This document shows positions 57,825 through 64,000 of a DNA stretch of 64,000 bases, piece after piece; positions within the stretch are counted from its first letter, which is position 1, and the number at the start of each line of letters is the position of its first letter. Made by a program: the position numbers and the translations under genes. The stretch is from the human T2T-CHM13v2.0 reference genome, Homo sapiens. The stretch is taken from assembly GCF_009914755.1 (NCBI RefSeq), contig NC_060947.1. One strand, written 5' to 3'. Below the pieces are notes generated by a model. The model did not search any database, was not told where the DNA came from, and was given only the letters and a program-made list of their open reading frames with translations.

Positions 57825-57978
57825 CAGGCATTCAATGATGCATCTGAAATTTTAATGTGTGCACAAGTCCCATGGGGATCTTGTTAAAATTCAAATTCTT
57901 ACCCAGGAGGTCTAGGATGTGGCCTGAGATCCTTCATTTTATTCTGCTGGTCCATGGATCAAACTTTGAGAAACAAGC
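57825..57978. mobile_element. MER5-like hAT relic (another near 23355-23500)
   Basis: GGGGATCTTGTTAAAAT...GGCCTGAGATCC...GCTGGTCCATGGATCAAACTTTGAG. Confidence 0.65.
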
Positions 57979-60900
57979 AATACTTTAGTCTGGTTCTGAT
58001 ATCATCAGTAGTAACTGATGTGATTAATGATCATTCTGAGGCCCTGCAAATTCCTTCTGAATCATCTCAAAATAGTAGAAATTCAGGACATCTATCTGAA
58101 ATTCTGGAGGCCATAGTCAAACTATCTCCAATGAAGCAACTCTTGGTGAAGCTATGGAGTGTTTCAAGCTTGATATATAACGGATACAGGCAGAAGTTCT
58201 AGTCAAAACAGACATGGCTTTTCATCCTGGCCAAGGAATTTACTAGCCATGTGACCTTGGTCAGGGCATTTAAACTTTCTGAACATCAGTGTTCCCATCT
58301 GTGAAAAGGGAATAACAATTCCATGGGGGAATTTGGAGAATTAGAAACCAGAGATATACTACAGAGTTTGGCAGGAATTACATCATCAGAGCAAAGTGTT
58401 GTCTGTTCCGCCACATAAAATCTGGTTGCAATTAAGACTCACACTACCTGGCCAATGAAACTTTGTCAGTGGCAGTTTTCTACTGTGGGAATATCTTCTC
58501 AGAAAAGAGAGCCCCGAAGGGACTGCAAAGTTACAGAGGTTTAGGACTTGGCCCTTAGCCCTTTTTGATCACTACTGTCATGAACCCATCCAGGGGGCAG
58601 CATCATGAAAGTCAGCCATCATCATGGGCTCCCCTCTCCACAGCCATGGTCACTCTTTCAGGCCTGGCTATTTAGAAACTCGTCATTTTAACTTCAAACA
58701 TCGTGAAACATTTTTTGAACTAAAAATATTCTTCCCTCTATGAAATGTGGAAAGGCTTGTAGTTTTAAGCATGCATTGTCTGATGTATAAGCTCTGGAGT
58801 CAGATAGTCCAAGTATGTCTGTCATTTAGTAGCTAGACCACGGTTTCAGTTCTTCTAGCTTTTATGCTGTTCCAATTTAGGATAGAGGTTACCCTTAAGG
58901 GTTAGTGACCACAGTGGCTCTTTTTGGGGGTGCTGGTAATGTTCTACTTCTTCATCTGGGTGCTCATTATTTAGGTGAGTTCAGTTTGTAAATATTCATC
59001 ATTAATTGTACGTGCACTCTTTTGTATGTATGTTATATTTTACGACAAAATTAAAATATGTCATTCCTACCTATTAATGCAACTACAAGGACTATGCAAT
59101 GATCTGAATGAATACTTTTAAATGCAAGTGCAAAATGTAAAGTCAAAAGTAGTATATATATATATCATACTTATATATAAGTATATATGATATATATATA
59201 TATATAATTTCACAAGTGGCCAGTCTCTGGGCCAACAGCCTAGGAGGAGACATTTCATTAAGCCTCACAACCAGCCTACTTCGTTTTATTTTGGTCTATG
59301 TGTGAGAAGATAGAAGAAGCAGATTCATGGATCCCTAGAGCCTCTGAGGGAAGAGTGGGGAACTCACTAGTTTGGGGTCCAGCACAGCATACTCTTGACT
59401 GCTTTTGTTCTGTTCTGGGGGTGTCTAATTGTGTTATGCTGTGAGTAGTTAATATCCTGCATCAAGTACAAGTTATGAATCAGGGTTTAACATGATTCGG
59501 TTGACTGTTCTAATAACACTGTAACACGCTTGACCTATTCACATATATAGCAATGATACATAACTGATCCATGACTACTTGGCAAGTAGGTATAAATGGA
59601 TCCTATTTAATGGTAGTCATTGAGGTTAGGATTGTTTTCTTGAAGATATATTTGTATGGACATAGGAGTGAAATTGAACTTCTCTTTGATTATACACTGC
59701 AAAGGATTTATAGTAAGCTTAACAGTAACATGGCGGGGTGGTTAAACATGTAATATGTAAGCTTTGGCATCAGGCAGACCCAGGTCCACTTCCCTAATCT
59801 GCAAGTTACCAGCTGTGTAACTTTTTACAAGTTACTTAACCTCTCTGTGCTTCAGTATTGTTATAAATGAGTTGGGTTGTCACGAAGGACAAATGAGATA
59901 ACAATTGTAAACTGTACTTAGCCCACTGCCTGGCAGAGAGTAAACATTCAATATGTAATTATTATTATACCATTATAACCATGACCATCATGGAAAATCA
60001 GTAAGTTAAAATGTGGAAAGTGTCTGGTGTAAAGTTAGCGCTTGATACATGTTTTTACCTTAAGACCACAGTTTCTGAGATTAGCGTTGGTGTGGGACCA
60101 TTAGGCCCACAGGGAAAGTGAATATTTTTCTGATTAGCTATAGAACAATCTGAACGTGTAAACAAGGGAAAATAAAAAGTGAATACAAATTATTGTTGCC
60201 GAAGAGGACTTGCAAAGCCCCCTGGAATTTGGGCCAGCCCACCTTGTGTCCGGCCTCTCATGCTGCCCACTATCAATGAATCACCTAGTTCCAAGAAGAC
60301 GATAGAGAAAAAATTGAGCACCATTTCATGTAAGCATAAGCCCTGAAACCTTATCATAGATTTCTCTCACTTTCTATTTATTCATGTAGTTTTACATTTT
60401 CATGTCTCCTTTAGAACATGATTTCCCCAAGTGTGTTTCAAAAATAATAGATTTTAGAAATGTATTATTCAGTGACAAAAACGGTTATGTGGTCAAATAA
60501 GGTGAGAATTCTGCATACTATGCCCCTCTCTTGAGATCTATAACACACATTGTTCTATCAAAGGCTCTGACAAGTCCTGCCATGTATTCAATCACTTGTT
60601 CATTCATTCATTTAATAAAACATATATTGAGTACTTACTATTAGCTAGTCAATATTTTCGGCACTGGGGGGAATATAGCAGGAGCAATGTTACCCCACAG
60701 GGCATTGTTTAATTCAGTGTTTCCCAAATCATTCTCTCTGTAAAGACCCTTTATAATTTGCCACACCCTCAGCCCCCCACTTTTACCCCAGCTAAAATGA
60801 GTTATCTTGAGGTTTCCCAAGCAGGGCACTCAATTTCAGATCTCTGTGAATTTGCTGGTGCTGCGTCACCCTCAACCTAGAATGCCTTTTCTCCCTCCCT

Positions 60901-61814
60901 TCCACCCCCTCTTGACTCACTAACCCCATTCTTTCATTTACATCCTGCTTAAGTTCCAACCCCTCTGAGAATCCCTCCTAGTTCCATGCTACTAGGCTGA
61001 GATAGCTTTCTGTCCTCTGTGCTCTCATCGTGTCCTATGCACACCTACTATCGTGGCACGTTTTTAAATGATTTCTTTGCTTGTCTGTCCCATGCCAGAC
61101 TCTAATTTCCTAGAAAGAAGAGACCATGCCCCATCCATCTCTGCATTCCCAGAACTTAATGTGGTGCTTGGCTCTGGGTAGTGACTTTGCAAATGGGCAT
61201 TAAATGTTTTTATGAATCAGGGCCAAGAGTCTACTGCCTTCATGCAAATTATATAAAAAGGCACCAGCTCTGAGGAGGCACAAACTGGGAGTGCATGATC
61301 TGGCAAGTGCAAGGCACGTATGTACATGTCTGGGTCGGTGTGGGGTGGAGAAGGTGGGAAGTGCCTTCTGTGGGTGCAAGGTTTGAAAAGCAGAATGTGG
61401 GTTGGTCTTTGGCCACGACTGACCCCTCTGGCCTGGTAACATTTTGTCAGCAACCCTACAGTGTAAAGAATGGGGTCCCAGGCCACGGTGGGGGATTTTG
61501 GAGGTGACATTACACCGATGGACCTCCACAGCTTTTTCAGACTCTGAAATACTATACATCTAAAATGAGTAAACTAAAGAAAAATTTCTATGCAAGCCTA
61601 CATATAATTAGCATGCATCCTTGCTCCTGCTTAAATTATTATGTAAGTTGGTTGTACTCAGCTGATAACCCATTCACCAAATCAGACATCTGCTACTCAT
61701 TTGTTTCTAAGGAAGTGAAGACAATTCGGCAGGATTCCCACTATGATGAAACAAGTTAAAATTGGTCTTACTGCTGTAACTCAATTATGTAATCTGGAAA
61801 TTATAATTAGTATA

Positions 61815-61975
61815 TAGGTTTGCCAGATGAAATATAGGGTGCCAATTCAAATTTGAATTTCAGATAAATGATACATTTTTTAGTACAAGTCTGTCCCATG
61901 CAATATTTGGGATCAACTTATACTAAAATTGTTTTGTTGTTGTTTCTCTGAAGTCAAATTTAACTGGCTGGCCTC
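61815..61975. mobile_element. MER33-like hAT relic
   Basis: GGTTTGCCAGAT...CAAATTTGAATTTCAGATAAAT...GTCCCATGCAATATTTGGGA. Confidence 0.65.
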
Positions 61976-62462
61976 TATTTTTGTTTGCTACATCTGAAAA
62001 CCCAACATGTGATACCCCTGCAACAGCTAAACAGGGAAGATTTTCCTGGTACTTCCCCTCCAGAAAAAGGTATATTTGGGGTAGTAATTAATAGAGACAC
62101 ATGAGAACGCTCTCCGGTCATTCCCTGACTGCAAGATAGAGTATACAAGGAAAAGAATACAGTCATGATTCTGGAAGATAAAGAAGCTCTTCTTGCAGAA
62201 AAAAAAGGAGGAAACTCAGTTTAGAAGGATTTAGAACACCAAGGTGTCACTGCTAAATTCTGTACAGACTGTGATAACAAATCCATTTGAAGTGAAAAAG
62301 AGTGCCTTCATTTTTGCTGTTGATTTGTTAGGTTTTGTTCTCTCTGCTTTAAGAGAGCATATAAATTTATTTTTTCTTTAAAATGAAGTTTTTAAAATAT
62401 TACATTGAGGAGAATAAAAATATTTATATACAAGGATTTCATAAAAGCAAATATTAAGATAC

Positions 62463-62469
<7 letters not shown>

Positions 62470-62505
<36 letters not shown>
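62470..62505 (+). repeat. (TA)n microsatellite
   Basis: Direct reading of the sequence. Confidence 0.95.
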
Positions 62506-62508
<3 letters not shown>

Positions 62509-64000
62509 AAATCATCTCTATAGTGGGACAAATGAACATATCCATCACCATGTCGTATACCTTAAATATGCACAAAATTTATTTTAAAATTAATATACTG
62601 AATGTAAAAAATAAAATAAGATTTCAACTGGAAAAAAAGCAAGAATTAAACGTGATAATGCATATTAGGCATGTAAACATGCCTAAACATTAGGCTAAAT
62701 GTTCCAGAAATTAGACTTGTTAATATTATCATCTTTATTGTTGTTATGATTTCTACATCTGGAGCAATCTAATATGAGCTTCCTTTCTTTTAGCACATAA
62801 CAGGAGGACTGTTATGTGCTTATGTGTTATGTCCCCTTAGAAAAGGGGACACCCGTACCTTGAACTTTACCCTCAAGGCTGTGTTTGTGCTCTCAAATTA
62901 TGGCACACTCAACAGCAAATGTTTTACCCAGATACAATTTTGATGCCATTTGTCTTCATTCCTTATATATTTTGTATGTGAGTTCTTCAATCCATGCTGT
63001 TTTCATCCATTTTTTTAAACATTGGCATTGGGCAAACTTTGCTGAGTTTTGTTAGTGAGTTGCAAAGATTGGCAGAGGTTGTACGTTACTTTCCATTCAA
63101 AGGCACGTTCTGCTAACAAGATTATGAATTAGAAACCTGAACTCTACCATAAGATGATTCACCATGGTTTAGGCCAAGCCACTTTTTCTTTTACCTCTGG
63201 GACCTATTTAATAGGCCATTAGCTTTGAAAACCGTCAAAATCCAGGAAGTACCCTAAGTATAAACAGATCCTACATAAAGCTGGTGTTACCTTTCATATG
63301 ATTAGCTCCTGATAGCAATCTGGACAAGTATCATTCATTGAGTCTTGCTGGCATAACTAGCTATAAAAGTATCTATAGTGGGCTCAAATCATAGTAGCAT
63401 AGAAGAATATTTCTGCACTATTGACCGAACTAACTGGTGTGTCAGTTTTTAAGTTCAAGTTGATGGCTGGTCTATATTTAGTAAAAAAAAAAAAATAAAA
63501 ATATATAAATAATATATTTAAAAATGCCCTCATTGAGAAATGATAGAGGTGATTGAATGAATGATCAGCAAAAGCAAATGATAGTTGCCACATAAAATTA
63601 AAAGAGGCATCAGGATTCCAGGAGGGAAGTCAATTCAAATACAGCCATGAAATCAGTTAGTCCACCCATATGGCCTGTGACCCCACAATGTATAGTGTGC
63701 CTGGGAATCCATCCTGATGCACAGTGCTGCTCCTTCCAGTGGGGTCACTTGCAGCCCTTCCAGAAAAATGCTGATCTCACTGGGTCCTCAGAGGACAAAG
63801 GAGCAAAGGTGGACTTGACAATGGGTGAAGTTGATGAGCTTTCCAGATTTCAGTGATCAAGTCACAGGGAGTGCAAACATGTCATTATTCCCACTTGGAC
63901 GTTTTTACAACATAGTAAACACTCATGACTACAGCCCATCATGATCCCACTCTGAAATACTGAATTTGGATCTCCAGACTCAAATGATGAATGTTATCCA

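Noticed and set aside
62665-62686. Palindrome TTAGGCATGT-AA-ACATGCCTAA as a p53 element
   Set aside because: The CATG cores are 8 bp apart rather than 10, so the geometry is not canonical.
30000-64000. FGF13 exons 1V/1Y, MIR504, or the Xq27.1 hypertrichosis-associated palindrome
   Set aside because: I found no MSGKVTKPK or MLRQDSIQ coding match by eye, and from recalled annotation these elements lie outside this window.

Overview
Mammalian (primate, almost certainly human) genomic DNA from the 5' region of the X-linked FGF13/FHF2 gene, transcribed on the minus strand. Only two coding exons are supported. Alternative first exon 1S (FGF13A, CDS 1313-1499, [15 protein letters not shown]...RRRRP) lies in a CpG island. 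Alternative first exon 1U (FGF13B, CDS 29731-29758, MALLRKSYS) is too short for the ORF track and lies about 28 kb upstream. Both end in phase 1 and should splice to a shared exon 2 left of the window. The rest is intronic or upstream sequence rich in Alu, L1, L2, MIR, MaLR/ERV LTRs, DNA-transposon relics and microsatellites, with several enhancer-like and CTCF-like motifs. I found no convincing new multi-gene system. The best leads are gene-regulatory: stronger-looking alternative splice donors just after exon 1S (one in frame, +22 aa), a uORF and an open Arg-rich 5' extension of FGF13A, and a small CpG-rich element near exon 1U. Repeat boundaries and subfamilies were assigned by eye and are approximate.
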